The translations under genes and the position numbers were made by a program. The notes beneath the pieces were generated by a model, which worked only from the letters and a program-made list of their open reading frames with translations, was not told the DNA's origin and did not search any database. From Squalus acanthias (Eukaryota), in contig CM059432.1 in assembly GCA_030390025.1 (NCBI GenBank), forward strand, positions 35,652,001 to 35,716,000: 64,000 bases of DNA, in the 5' to 3' direction. Positions 37,297 through 52,734 of this stretch are shown here, piece after piece; position 1 is the first letter of the stretch; the number at the start of each line of letters is the position of its first letter.

Positions 37297-37694
37297 TAGT
37301 GCTGAAAATGTTTCCTTTTGAAAGTTACCATTGAATCTGCTTCCACCACCCTTTCAAGCAGTGCATTTTAGATGATAACAACTCACTGGGTAAAGAAAAT
37401 TCTCCTCATCTCCCCTCTGGTTCTTTTCGCCAATTATCTTAAATCTGTGTCCTCTGGTTACCAAATCTCCTGCCGGTGGAAACAGTTTCTCCTTATTTAC
37501 TCTTATCAAAACCCTTAATAATTTTGAACATCTCTATTAAATCTTCCCTTAACCTTCTCTGCTCTAAGGAGAACAATCCCAGCTTCTCTAGTCTCCCCAC
37601 ATAACTGAAGTTCCTCAACCCTGGAATCATTCCAGTAAATCTCCTTTGCAGCTTTACATCCTTCCTAATGTGTGGTGCCCAGAATTGGACACAC

Positions 37695-39698
37695 TTGCCC
37701 GGATTTTCTGGTCAGCATTTGCTGTTCATTGCACTTACACTTGCCCACCGACTTTCTGTAGGCTATTGCACTGCGATTTGCAGTAATTCGAGAGCCAAAA
37801 CACCACGGCGCCCTCTACAGGGGATATAAGAACATAAGAATGAGGAGCAGGAGTAGACCAAACGGCCATTCAATAAGATCATGGCTAATCTTCAACCTCA
37901 ACTCCACTTTCCCGTCCGATTCCCATATCCCTTGATTCCCCTAGAGTCCAAAAATCTATCTGTCTCAGCCTTGAATATACTCAACGACTCAGCATCCACA
38001 GCCCTTTGGGGTAGAGAATTCCAAAGATTCACAACCTTCTGAGTGAAGAAATTCCTCCTCATCTCAGTCTTCGATGGCCAACCCATTATCCTGAGACTAT
38101 GCCCCCTAGTTCTAGACACTCCAGCCAGGGGAAACAACCTCTCAGCATCTACCCTGTCAATCCCCTTCAGTATCATATGTTTCAATGAGATCACCTCTCA
38201 TTCTTCTGAACTCCAGAGAGTATAGGCCCAATCTACTCAATTTCTCCTCATAGGACAACCCTTTCATCCCAGGGATCAATCTAGTGAACCTTCATTGCAC
38301 CACCTCTAAGGCAAGTATGTCCTTCCTCAGATAAGGAGATCAAAATTGTGCACAGTACTCCAGGTGTGGTCTCACCAAAGCCCTGTACAATTGTTGTAAG
38401 ACTTCCTTACTCTTGTATTCCAATCCCCTTGTAATAAAGGCCAACATGCCATTTGCCTCCCTAATTGCTTGCTGTACCTGCATGCTAACTTTCTGTGTTT
38501 CCTGTATGAGGACAACTAAATCTCTCTGAACACCAATATTTAATATTTTCTCACCATTTAAAAAAATTCTGTTTTTCTAATCTTCCCACCAAATTGAATA
38601 ACCTCACATTTCTGCACATTATACTCCATCTTATTGCCCACTCACTTAACCTGTCTATATCCCTTTGCAGGCTCCTTGTGTACTCCTCACAGCTTACTTT
38701 CCCACCTAGCTTTGTATCGTCAGCAAACTTGGATACATTGCACTCGGTCCCTTCATCTAAGTCATTAATATAGATTGTAAATAGCTGAGGCCCCAGCACT
38801 GATCCTTGGGGCACCCCACTAGTTACAGCCTGCCAACCGGAAAATGACCCATTTACCCCTACTCTCTGTTTCTGTCCATTAACCAATGCTCTATCCATGC
38901 TATTATATTACCCCCAACCCCATGAGCCCTTATCTTGCGTAGCAACCTTTTATGTGGCACCTTATCGAATGCCTTTTGAAAATCCAAATATACTACATCC
39001 ACTGTTTTCCCTTTATCTACCCTGCTGTTACATCCTCAAAAAACTCGAATAAATTTGTTATGGGACCTGTTTGAACAGGGAAAGCAACAGCGTGTCTCCT
39101 CAATCAATCAGATTGAAGAATCCTTACTGAGACATGCAGTGTCTAAACCAGGAAATGTAAGTTAGTATATTTAATTCAATGTAACATCATACAGAAAGTG
39201 AAATAAAAAGAGGGGAAGAAAGATGGGATTAAGAGAGAGATATAAGAGACAGAAAGAAAGCATAAAAAAAACATTTTTTACATTTTTAAATTTAGTAAAA
39301 ATCTCCAACAATAATTATAATCTGAAGGAATGAAATTCCACACTTATAAAAGTAAATTTTCAGTGCCAGAGAGGTTTGGCAGTAATTAAGACTTGGCACG
39401 CCATTTCAAAATAACTTATAATTGAATGGACAAGCCCTAACTTTTCTGGCGTATCTAGTGGGTAAATACCTCAACTTCATCCCATTGCATGTATGTGAAT
39501 GCCGAGTCTCTCAGCGAGGTACCAGTGTAGCGAAGCTTGTGGAGGAGCAGGCAAATCGGACAGCAACTTCCTGATTTTTGCGTTTACCTGCGCATGTGCA
39601 GATGTTGCTGTCCATTTTATTCCTTAATAACGATGAAGCTATCAGCGCTTTCCAATCCCCCTCACCCCCCGATATTCTTACCGCAAAATCTGGGCCAA
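37695..39698. mobile_element. Probable non-autonomous TIR element, nested in an older CR1 and interrupted by a younger CR1
   Basis: Imperfect terminal inverted repeats TTGCCCGGATTTTCTGG / CCGCAAAATCTGGGCCAA; flanking CR1 resumes at 39699. Confidence 0.45.
37826..39058 (-). mobile_element. CR1 LINE fragment (same subfamily as 10460-11820)
   Basis: ORFs 37898-38194 and 38551-38898 with [10 protein letters not shown] and KFADD. Confidence 0.9.
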
Positions 39699-39739
39699 TA
39701 CTTCAGCTGAACCCTAACCAGTGATTTCTAAAGGTTTAG

Positions 39740-39952
<213 letters not shown>

Positions 39953-40211
39953 TAATCCTCCTAACTCCTGAGGCAGAGCGGGGGGGTGGGGGGGGGGAGT
40001 CTTTGTGCCCCTTCCACTTTAGCCCCTGATGATCTTCATGTCCTAGCTCAAATACATACAACTCTTAATCAGTCAGGTTCTGGAACTCTGAATCTTCACT
40101 CTCAATGTCATGAGCTCTCAAAAGGATGGAACATTTACTAATATCAGTCTCAGACACTCGCAGGGCAGATACTGCACAGGTTAAATACAGAGTAAAGCTT
40201 GCTCTATACTG

Positions 40212-40825
40212 GGTTGGCGTATAAGAGTAAGGAAGTCTTGCTACAATTGTACAGGGCCTTGGTGAGACCTGGAGTACCATGCACAGTTTTGGACTCCTTA
40301 TCTAAGGAAGGATATGCTTGCCTTGGAGGCGGTGCAACGAAGGTTCACTAGATTGATTCCTGTGATGAGAGGGCTGTCCTATGATGAGAGATTGTGTAGA
40401 ATGGGCCTATACTCGCTGGAGTTTAGAAGAATGAGAGGTGATCTCATTGAAACATACAAGACTCTGAAGGGGATTGACAGGGTAGATGCTGAGAGGTTGT
40501 TTCCCCTGGCTGGAGTGTCTAGAACTAGGGGCATAGTCTCAGGATAAGAGGTAGGCCATTTAAGACCGAGATGAAGAGGAATTTCTTCACTGAGGGTTGT
40601 AAATCTTTGAAATTCTCTGCCCCAGAGGGCTGTGAATGCTGAGTCTTTGAGTATATTCAAGGCTGAGATAGATAGATTTTTGGACTCTAGGGGAATCAAG
40701 GGATATGGAGATCGGGCGGGAAAGTGGAGTTGAGGTCGATGATCAACCATGATCATATTGAATGGCAGAGCAGGCTCCAGGGGCCGAATGGCCTACTCCT
40801 GCTCTTATTTCTTATGTTCTTATGT
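40212..40825 (+). mobile_element. CR1 LINE 3' fragment
   Basis: Nearly identical to 11207-11820. Confidence 0.9.
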
Positions 40826-41120
40826 CCCCTCAAACACACCCAGGGCAGGTACAGAACAGGTTAGCTACAGCGCGGGTTAAATTCAGAGTAAAGCTCCCTC
40901 TACACTGTTCTGTTTCTCTGGCCTCTCTGAATAAGATTTCCACTTCATATCAAATTGTGGGCAGTTTAGTGCTGTAGAATTGTGACCATTAAGAACTGGA
41001 CTCAAGACTGCGCAAAATATATCTCACATAGTTAGAAGCAGCCAGAAATTTTTATGTAGAATTAAATCAGAATCTAGAGGAGAGAGATGGAGAGAGGAAA
41101 GTTTTGATTTTCATTGTTGA

Positions 41121-41267
<147 letters not shown>

Positions 41268-41719
41268 TGAGTCGATGGAGTATTTTTCCCATTTTTTGTT
41301 TTTGTTTGGGCCAAGTCGTTTTTTTGCTTGTTAAACGGTTGTACAAATTCTCTGCAACAGTGGCTCATGCCCCCGACCATTATGTTGCTGATTCATTGTG
41401 GGGTGAGGGAACTGGAAATCCAGCCAAAGTGTTAACTCCAAATCGCTATGCAGTGACCCCGGCTGAAAAGGGCATGTCTGTGGACATCGTGTGAGGACAG
41501 AACCAGGCTTGGGGGTGATGCCCTACATGGTTGAAAAGCCTGCCCCTTTGAGGTTCATAGGTGAAGACTGGTCATTTGGGTGAGGTACCCGAGGGCTGCT
41601 GGTGAGCAAGGTACCTGACACAAGTGAAAGTCGGCACCTTCAGGAACGAAGAAAACTCGAGAAAAAAAGTCACTGATATTTGGACACAGTGGGGTAGATG
41701 ACTGACTTTACTAACTGGG

Positions 41720-42100
41720 CATTAAACTTGGTTTGTATTCCCTTGAGTTTAGAAGGTTGAGGGGTGATCTAATCTAAGAGGTTCAATAGGGTAGGTACAG
41801 AGGAACTATTTCCTCTAGTTGGGGAATCCAGAATAACCTTAAAATTCGAGCGAGGCCATTCGGGAGTGAAATCAGGAAGCACTTTTTCACATAAAGGGTA
41901 GTGGAAAAATCTGGAACTCTCTTCCCCCAATAGGCTGTGGTTGCTGAGTCAATTCGAGCTTTCAAGACTGAGAGCGATAGATTTTGGGTAGGTAAGGGTG
42001 TCAAGGGATATGGAGCAACAGTGGGTAAATGGAGTTGAGGTACAGATCAGCCATGATTTAACTGAATCGAGGGGCTAAATGGCCTACTCCTGTTCCTATG
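41720..42100 (+). mobile_element. CR1 LINE 3' fragment
   Basis: YSLEFRRLRGDL motif and CR1 3' UTR; similar copy at 42545-42900. Confidence 0.75.
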
Positions 42101-42204
42101 AGTGAAGGAATTCTGGACAATGGAAAATAATGATTGGTTCTTGGGAATTCTGTGCTTCTGGATCAGGCCTATGTTTACATGAACTGCGGCGTGTTGAACA
42201 GTAG

Positions 42205-42390
<186 letters not shown>

Positions 42391-43784
42391 TGAGCACTGA
42401 GTCTCAACGGAATGGAGGATCTTCACCCTGAGTCTCGGGAGGAGCAGATTGTACAGTGCTACATTAAGCAGGACCATGTGTTGCAATAGATTCTGGGATC
42501 TGGATGCAAATATAGCCTGACCAATGGGATGATCAGATTGATGTGTTTAACATGTTAAAGGGATTTGATAGGGATAAGAAACCAATTCCTCTGGTGGGAG
42601 AATCCAGAACAAGGGTTCATAATCTTAAAATTAGAGCTAGGCCAGTTAGGAGTGAAATCAAGAAACACTTTTTCACACCAAGGATAGTGGAAATCTGGAA
42701 AACTCTCTCCAAAAGGCTGTGAATGCTGGGTCAATTGGAGCTTCCAAGCCTGAGAGAGATAGTTACTGTTGTGGATGGGTATCAAGGGATATGGAGCAAT
42801 AGTGGGAAAATGGAGTTGAGGTGCAGATCAGCCATGATCTAATTGAATAGCAGAGAAGGCCCAAGAGGCTGAGTGACCTACTCCTGTTCCTAATGTCCCT
42901 ATGAAAATCTCCTCTGTCTGGTGTCTTTAAAGGTCTGCTGTGAAATGAGTTTGAGCAGCCTCAAACCAGTTCCTAATGGGAATGGGTTCAGGAGAACGAA
43001 GCTATTCCTAAATTAGCTCCAAATTAGTGGCTGACCTTGAATGGTCCTTAGTTCAGGAAAGCATGCTATGCTTTTCATCTCCAATGCAAACTCAACTGCT
43101 TTCACACATATCACATTAGTCAGCTAGACACCACAGTGATGTGGAACTGATCCATATGGACTGGAAAGGTCACAGGACTCATTCAATGTGATTGTTAACT
43201 GATCTCAGCCTGGCTGGCAACCCGGGCTGTACCTGTCCTGGGAGTGTTTGATTGGACTCTGTAGTGGGAGCTTTACTCTGTACCTAACCTGTGTTGTACC
43301 TTCCCTGGGAGTGTTTGATGGGACAGTGTAGAGGAAGCTTTACTCTGTATCTAACCAGTGCAAGAAGCCTAAAATGGAAAACATTCCATTCACAATATTA
43401 ACAGAGTTCACCTTGGTGAGCACAAATTGTGAACAAAAAATGTATCAGCATTTCACCTGCACTTAATGTAATCATGATGAAGATTACGTAAGGCCCTATT
43501 GGCAAAGAATGGCGCTCGTAGGTTGCGGTGCTTGGGAAATCAGGGGCCCGGAGATCCTGATCTTCTATTCATCAGATGTTGCGAGTCCTAATTTCTCAAC
43601 ATAGCGTACCTTGTGAGTGCCAACCCTTACCGGGAATTGTCAAATGGGGAATCGACCCTGGAGTGCTCAAAGCTCTTCTTAACCTCCAAGAAAAAAAGTT
43701 TCATTAAACGTGGTGCCACTTTCAAAGGTGATCACAGTGATTTCTGTCCCGCCTGCTTGCCATGTCATGTTCCCGTGCTGTTAA

Positions 43785-43937
<153 letters not shown>

Positions 43938-44070
43938 TAGAGCTGGTGGTTCTTTCGCTTAAGATGAATAGTAGGAGTTTGTCATCTTAAACATTGGCTT
44001 GTTTTTCTTTAAATGCCAGTATAGTAACTAAAATAATAGACAAAAAATATAATAGTAAGACTTGCATGTA

Positions 44071-44402
44071 CAGGAAACTTTCGTTTATCCGGCACCCAAA
44101 TATCCGGAATTCTCGCTTAACCGGCAAAAATCAGGTAAGTTTTATTATACAGACAAGACCCCGATTCTGACCTTTCGCCCCCACGAAAGGGGGGTCAACG
44201 TTCTTCCGACTCGGACCTGTCGCCGCCACGGAGGAAAAAGCCGGAGTCACGTTTACCTTCCCTCTCCGGGTCCCAATTGTTAAGCCTGTGGCCGTGTACG
44301 GGGCTCTCGTACCTTGGTAAGTATACCTCTCTGTAATCCGGCACTTTCGATCAACCGGCACCACGCCGGTCCCGTCGGTGCCGGATAAACGAAAGTTTCC
44401 TG
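44071..44402. mobile_element. Tc1/mariner (Tigger/pogo-like) MITE, 332 bp
   Basis: Perfect 26-bp TIR CAGGAAACTTTCGTTTATCCGGCACC; TA TSD. Confidence 0.92.
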
Positions 44403-44797
44403 TATATAGCACCTTTCATGACCGCAGGATGTCCCAAAGTGCTTTGTAAAGTGTAGTCACTGTTGTAATGTAGAAAAATGCAGCTGCCAATTTAACATAG
44501 CAAGATCCCAAAATCAGCAATGAGATAAATAACCAGATATTATGTATTAGTGATGTAGGTTGAGGGATGAATGTTGGCCAGGACACCGGGAGAACTCCCC
44601 TGCTCTTCTTCGAAAAGTCCCTTGGGATCTTTTACATCCACCTGAGAGGGCAGACGGAGCCTCCAACAGTGCAGCACTCCCTCAGTACTGCACTAGAGTG
44701 TCAGCCTGGATTATACGTTCAAGTCTCTGGAGTGTGACTTGAAGCCACAACCTTCTGACTAAGAGGCCAGAGTGCTACCACTGAGCCATGGCTGACA
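44403..44797 (-). mobile_element. Deu-domain SINE (tail interrupted by the MITE)
   Basis: Homologous to other copies. Confidence 0.78.
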
Positions 44798-45285
44798 TCA
44801 CTGAAAGTAGACGGGAGTGAGTGGGCCTATAGCTCACTGAGTTAAATACATTGGTCGGTGGCATTGAACCGCAGGAAGTAGAAGACCTGAGGCCTGTGGT
44901 GAGTTAATTGATCTGAGATAGGTCAGCATTACAGTTGGCTTCATCATCCCTTGCACAAGCAAGCGGAAAAATCCGTCAGGGTTCCTGCTCCTGATTGCTA
45001 TATAATCAGCCCTGTTGGAAAGTGCGCCTGTGTACATGTCGGGTAGAATTGAAATTGGCCGTGATCTCCTCGAGTCAAATAGCCTGATGACAATCACCAT
45101 CTATGGTCACGTGAACATTATCCACTTTAGAGCAGTATTGGAAAGCTCTCTGGGTCCCTGCTGGACTGCCCGTGAGTATAGGGGAGGGGCCGGGCCATCT
45201 CCTATGGTTCCATACTGCAGTATCAGTCAGTGGGTTAATGAGAAGGAAGAGAAATAACAAGGATGAAACCACTGATCAAAAATAA

Positions 45286-45675
<390 letters not shown>

Positions 45676-46391
45676 TAAAAAATCTCTTTGCTTATAATTT
45701 GTCGCCAGCCCCTGAACTTTCTTTTTGTGAACTCTCCCCAAGGTCCTGTGCAGGCAGTGAGTTGCAGTTTTGCAAGTCCAGGATTCAGTTGCACTGTGTT
45801 GTTTGTTTTAGGAGGAGAGTGTTTCCACTTCTCTGTCATGGGTCTCTAGCCCTGTTCCCCACCCACCTCCAGACCCTGGCACATCCTTCTGGCCCTTCAC
45901 CAGTCCCGCTGTGAAGTCGGACAGGAGAGGTGTGACCTCTGTTGTGTTTTGACCTCCAGCGAACTCCTCGGTGCCTCCCAACTCCCAGCAGCTGTTTCAC
46001 CTCTGACTGGAGGTTTCTGCAGTTACCCCTGCTAACAGAGTGGGTAAATGGACCATGCAGTGTACAGATTGCAAGCCAGTAACCCCTGTGTGTGTCATCT
46101 CATCCTTCAAGAATACTTTCCCCGATGTGTTCATTATTCTATATAGTAAGCCTCCAAGCCCCTCGATTAGATTCTAGCCTGTAACTCCCAGGTATCCGTT
46201 GTTCTATATATAAACCATCTGAACCACTACATTAGATTTTACCCCTGCCTGCTGTGACGGCCCATTTTGTTGGTGTTCTCCGATCTGTGCACGGTGTCTT
46301 CCCAGGACAGGGATCCCAGTTGACCCCACTCCACTCTGATCCTCTTATTGACTCTGCACTGCACTTTCCTCACTTGTCTCCCATTAGTTAA

Positions 46392-47226
<835 letters not shown>

Positions 47227-47689
47227 TGAGAGTATGGCAACCACGCAGGTGACAGACATGTAGTCTGAGTGTTAGGTTATAAAAAGGGGCTCGACGGAGT
47301 GCCAGAAGTTATTTTCTACAAACAGCTCTGTGTCTTCCGTTTTTATGGAGGAGAAACAATTCACTGTAATCTTTTAGGGTTTATTTTGAATCTGTCAAAT
47401 TTTGGGATTAATCGGAGGTGGGTGAAATAGTTAAAGTTTTGATGGAAGTTGGAGACAAAATTGAATTTATCCAATAGAAAAATAGTGTGTGCATGTTTTT
47501 TGTGTGTCTGAGTATAAAAGAGTAAAGTATTACACTTTTGCACACACGTAGAGAAGGCCAATATTATTAATGAGCACACCTGACTGGCAGCCTCACCAGT
47601 GAGTAGAAAATAGAATTATAAATTCTTACAGATTATGAGGAGAGATTACATAAACTAGGTTTATATTCCCTGGAATATAGAAGGTTAAG

Positions 47690-48155
47690 TGAATTATAGA
47701 AACTTCCAGCACAGAAGGAGGCCATTCGGCCTATCGTGACTGTGCCGGCTCTTTGAAAGAACTATTTAATTTGTCCGATTTCCCCTGCCCTTTCCCCATA
47801 GCCCTTTATTTTTTTCCTTTTTAAGTATATATCCAATTCCCTTTTGAAAGTTACTAATGAATCTGCTTCGACCACCCTTTCAGACAGTGCATTCCAGTTC
47901 ATAACAACTTGCTGCGTAAAGAAAATTCTCCTTTTCTCCCCTCTGGTTCTTTTGCAAATTATCTTAAAACTGTGTCCTCTGGTTACCAACCCTCCTGCTA
48001 GTAGAAACAATTTCTCCTTATTTACTCCATCAAAATCCCTCAGAATTTTGAACACCTCTATTAAATTTTCCCTTGACCTTCTCTTCTCTAAGGAGAACAA
48101 TCCCTGCTTCTCTAGTCTATCCACATAACTGAAGTCCCTCATCCCTGCTATCATT
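47690..48155 (-). mobile_element. CR1 LINE 3' fragment
   Basis: ORF 47762-48154 FSLEKRR..TRGH..WNAL. Confidence 0.85.
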
Positions 48156-48519
48156 CACCTCGATTTTCCATCTTTTAAAATTATCGGACAGAAAATCGTA
48201 CACAGCACCTCAACAATTTTCCAACGTGTTCTCCCGACGGGTGAGGCTCCCTGCTGGCCTTTAGGACTTTCCAAACAGTTGGAATGTGAGGTAGGGCATA
48301 AAAGAGCGGGTATTTGGGAAGCATGGAGAAACATTTGCTGTTAAAAACCAGCTGAAATTAGTAGAATTTTATTTTTTGCTGAAGAAACGCCTCCCCCACA
48401 CCAAAAAAAAATCAAATAGCCCTAGAGGAAGTTTAAAAAAAAATCAATGAAGCCGCAACATACACATATATCTGAAGCAAATAATAATCACAGTCCTTCA
48501 TGTCATATTGTTTTTATGG

Positions 48520-48905
48520 GTGTCTGCTGTGGCTTAGTGGTAGCACTCCTGCCTCCTGAGTCAGAAGATCATGGGTTCAAATCCCACTCCAGAAACTGGG
48601 GCACATAATCTAGGCTGACACTTTTGTGCAGTACTGAGGGAATACTGCATTGTCGGAGGTGCTGTCTTTCAATGAAGAGCAAGGGAGTTCTTCCCGTTGC
48701 CCTGACTAATCTTTATCCCTCAACCAACACCACTAAAACAGATTGTCAGATCATTATCACATTGCTGTTTGCTAGATCTTGCTGTGTATAAATTGGCGGC
48801 CACGTTTCCCTACTTACAACAGTGACTACATTTCAAAGTACTTAATTGACTGTAAATCGCTTTCGGACGCCCTGAGGTCGTGAAAGGCGCGATATAAATG
48901 CAAAA
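48520..48905 (+). mobile_element. Deu-domain SINE
   Basis: A box TGGCTTAGTGG, B box GGTTCAAATCC, Deu core and tail. Confidence 0.78.
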
Positions 48906-49446
48906 TCATTTTTTTTGGATGCTGAGCGTAAGAAGGAGAGATTAGGCGTGGTGACCAAAAGCCTGGTCAAAAGAAGTGTTTTTTTTGAGAAAGGTCTTAA
49001 AAAAGGAGAAAGAGTTGGACGGGTTTAGGGAGGAAAATCCAGCCAATGGGAACAAGGTAGCTGTAGGCACAGCAGCTGATGGTGGGACGAAGTGATCGAG
49101 TTGCACAAGAGGCCAGAGTCAAAGGAATGACGAGTTTGGTTGGGGGGTGGGGGGACGTTGTAGGGCTGTATATAGTTACAGCAATAAGGAAGGGGGTGTG
49201 CTGAGTCCATTGCGTGTGTGTAGGCTTCCGCGTCCGATAATACAGCATCTGCCATTGCAGTACTGGTCCTCCAAGACTCACCACACAACCTCCTACTTTA
49301 ACTCTTCATTTCCCAGTTCAACAGCCTTGGGAACCTCTTGACCTGTGGACATGGCCCTACAGCTACATTCCTCAATCAGAGTCACGTTGACCCTTACGGT
49401 GGTGTAGAATTGGGGTTGTATTGCTCATTACTGCATCCAGTATTAA

Positions 49447-49728
<282 letters not shown>

Positions 49729-49935
49729 TGAATATGTGAGCATCGGAATACTATTCGACTGTCCTCGCCCAGCAGCCACACGATTTGCAGCTGAGGCTAG
49801 GATCAGGAACCCTGTCAGATTGGGGTTAAACCTGGGACTTTTCTGGTCTGTGTGAATTAGGAAAACTCGAATCATCTATATGGGTCAGTGCAAAACAGTG
49901 AATTAAAAAAAAAAACTATTCATCTAGCAATCAAG

Positions 49936-50242
49936 GTGTACGGTAGCGTAGTGGTTATGTTACTGGACTAATAATCCAGAGTTCAAATCCCACCATGGAA
50001 ATTTGAGAATTTGCATTCATGTAAAAAGAATTCTGGAAATAAAAAGCTGGTATCAGTAAAAGCTGTCAGATTGTTGTACCCCAATCTGTCCTATATGTGA
50101 CTCCAGTCCCACATCAACATGGTTTGCTTTTAACTGTCCTCTGAAGTGGTAAACCACTCGGTTGTATTAAACCCTTCAAGAAGATGGCCCACCACCACCT
50201 TCTCAGGCAATAAATGCTGGCCTTGCCACACATCCTGAGAAT
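49936..50242 (+). mobile_element. tRNA-derived SINE sharing head and tail with the LINE at 17643-20270
   Basis: A box TAGCGTAGTGG, B box GTTCAAATCC, tail CACCACCTTCTCA..GCAATAAATGCTGGCCTTGCCA; relatives near 27400-27590, 29050-29365, 31155-31455, 33810-34235. Confidence 0.7.
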
Positions 50243-50769
50243 TGACATTAGCCCTGAATTTGAACATATGAAAGTCTTGGCCAGGAAAAGCCCATCAAGC
50301 CCACTCCATGCCTAGTCCACTTATGACAGGATTTCCACACTCCCCTTTTTCTGTTGATTCCCTGATTTTGGTAAACTAAGCTCCATCCCCGACCTCCCAA
50401 AAAACAATTCTAACATTGCTGTTAATATATCGATAAAGCTCATCCCTCCTTCTCGGTCGAGCTTCCTTTTAAGCATCAGTGGCAGCTGAATCAATTGCCA
50501 TTTCTGGGCATCTGGTCTCCATGTTACCACCAATGATGCAGGTCAGTCCTGTTGTCAATTGTCACTCCGGAGGGGAAAAACGCATTAAATGAACAGAGTC
50601 TGCCTTCTCTGAGAGTTCAATTGTTAAAGCCATTGCATAGTTAAACTATGCTGTCCACAAGGGTCACTGGTTCATTGGCTAGCATTAGTCTTGACAACCG
50701 GAGGGACACTGTAACCATTTTTTGTTCCTCTCCCAAACCCAAGGAGCAATCAGCCAGCATTCCCCTGTT

Positions 50770-52720
50770 ACATTACCATCAAGCCAGGGGACCAACCCTG
50801 GTTCAATAAGAAGTGTAGAAGAGCATGCCAGGAGCAGCACCAGGCGTACCTAAAAATGAAGTGCCAACCTGGGGAAGCTGCAACACAGGACTACATGCAT
50901 GCTAAAAAGCGGAAGCAGCATGCTATAGACAGAGCTAAGCGATCCCACAATCAACGGATCAGATCAAAGCTCTGTAGTCCTGCCACATCCAGTCGTGAAT
51001 GGTGGTGGACCATTAAACAACTAATGGGAGGAGGAGGCTCCATGAATATCCCCATCCTCAATGATGGTGGAGCCCAGCACGTGAGTGGAAAAGGCAAGGC
51101 TGAAGCGTTTGCAACCAGCTTCAGCCAGAAGGGCCGAGTGGATGATTTATCTCGGCCTCCTCCTGAGGTCCCCACCATCACAGAAGCCAGTTTTCAGCCA
51201 ATTCAATTCATTCCACGTGATATCAAGAAATGGCTGAGCACACTAGATACAGCTAAGGCTATGGGCCCCGACAACATCCCGGCTATCGTGCTGAAGAATT
51301 GTGCTCCAGAACAAGCCACGCCTCGAACCAAGCTGTTCCAGTACAGCTACAACACTGGCATCTATCCGACAATGTGGAAAACTGCCCAGGTATGGCCTGT
51401 CCACAAAAAGTAGGACAAATCCAATCCGCCTAATTACCGCCCCATCAGTCTACTCTCAATCATCAGCAAAGTGATGGAAGGTGTCATCGACAGTGCTATC
51501 AAGCGGCACTTACTCACCAATAACCTACTCACTGATGCCCAGTTTGGGTTACGCCAAGACCGCTCGTCTCCTGACCTCATTACAGCCTTGGTCCAAACAT
51601 GGACAAAGGAGCTGAATTCCAGAGGTGAGGTGAGAGTGACTGCCCTTGACATTAAGGCAGCATTTGACCGAGTTTGGCATCAAGGAGCCCGAGTAAAACT
51701 GAAGTCAATGGGAATCGGGGGGATCTACCCTATCAAGCCCCTTCAGAATCTTATATGTTTCAATAAGATCCCCTCTCATTCTTCTAAACTCCAATGAGTA
51801 TAGGCCCAACCTGCTCAACCTTTCTTCATAAGATAACCCCTTCATCTCCGGAATCAAAGTGTTCAGCACCATTCACAACTCCTCAAATAATGAAGCAGTC
51901 CATGCCCGCATGCAACAAGACCTGGACGACGTTCAGGCTTGGGCTGATAAGTGGCAGGTAACATTCGCACCACAGAAGTGCTAGGCAATGACTATCTCCA
52001 ACAAGCGAGAGTCTAACCACCTCCCCTTGACATTCAATGGCATTACCATCGCCGAATCCCCCACTATCAACATCTTGGGGGTCACCATTGACCAGAAACT
52101 TAACTGGACCAGCCACATAAATACTGTGGCAACAAGAGCAGGTCAGAGGCTAGGTATTCTGCAGCGAGTGTCTCACCTCCTGAGTCCCCAAAGCCTTTCC
52201 ACCATCTACAAGGCACAAGTAAGGAGTGTGATGGAATACTCTCCACTTGCCTGGATGAGTGCAGCTCCAACAACACTCAAGAAGCTCGACACCATCCAGG
52301 ACAAAGCAGCCCGCTTGATTGGCACCCCATCCACCACCTTAAACATTCACTCCCTCCACCACCATCGTACTGTGGCTGCAGTGTGTACCATCTATATGAT
52401 GCACTGCAGCAACTCACCAAGGCTTCTTCGGCAGCGCCTCCCAAACCCGCGACCTCTTCCACCTAGAAGGACAAGGGCAGCAGGCGCATGGGAACACCAC
52501 CACCTCCAAGTTCCCCTCCAAGTCACACACCATCCTGACTTAGAAGTATATCGCCGATCCTTCATCATCGCTGGGTCAAAATCCTGGAACTCCCTACCTT
52601 CACCACACAGACTGCAGAGGTTCAAGAAGGCGGCTCACCACCACCTTTTCAAGGGCAATTAGTGATGGGCAATAAATGCTGGCCTTGCCAGCAATACCCA
52701 CATCCCATTAAAAACGAATT
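50770..52720 (+). mobile_element. CR1/L2-group LINE fragment, same family as 17643-20270, with small CR1 insert near 51724-51857
   Basis: ORFs 50856-51413, 51471-51797, 51988-52662. Confidence 0.88.
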
Positions 52721-52734
52721 AAAAAAATTAGAAA

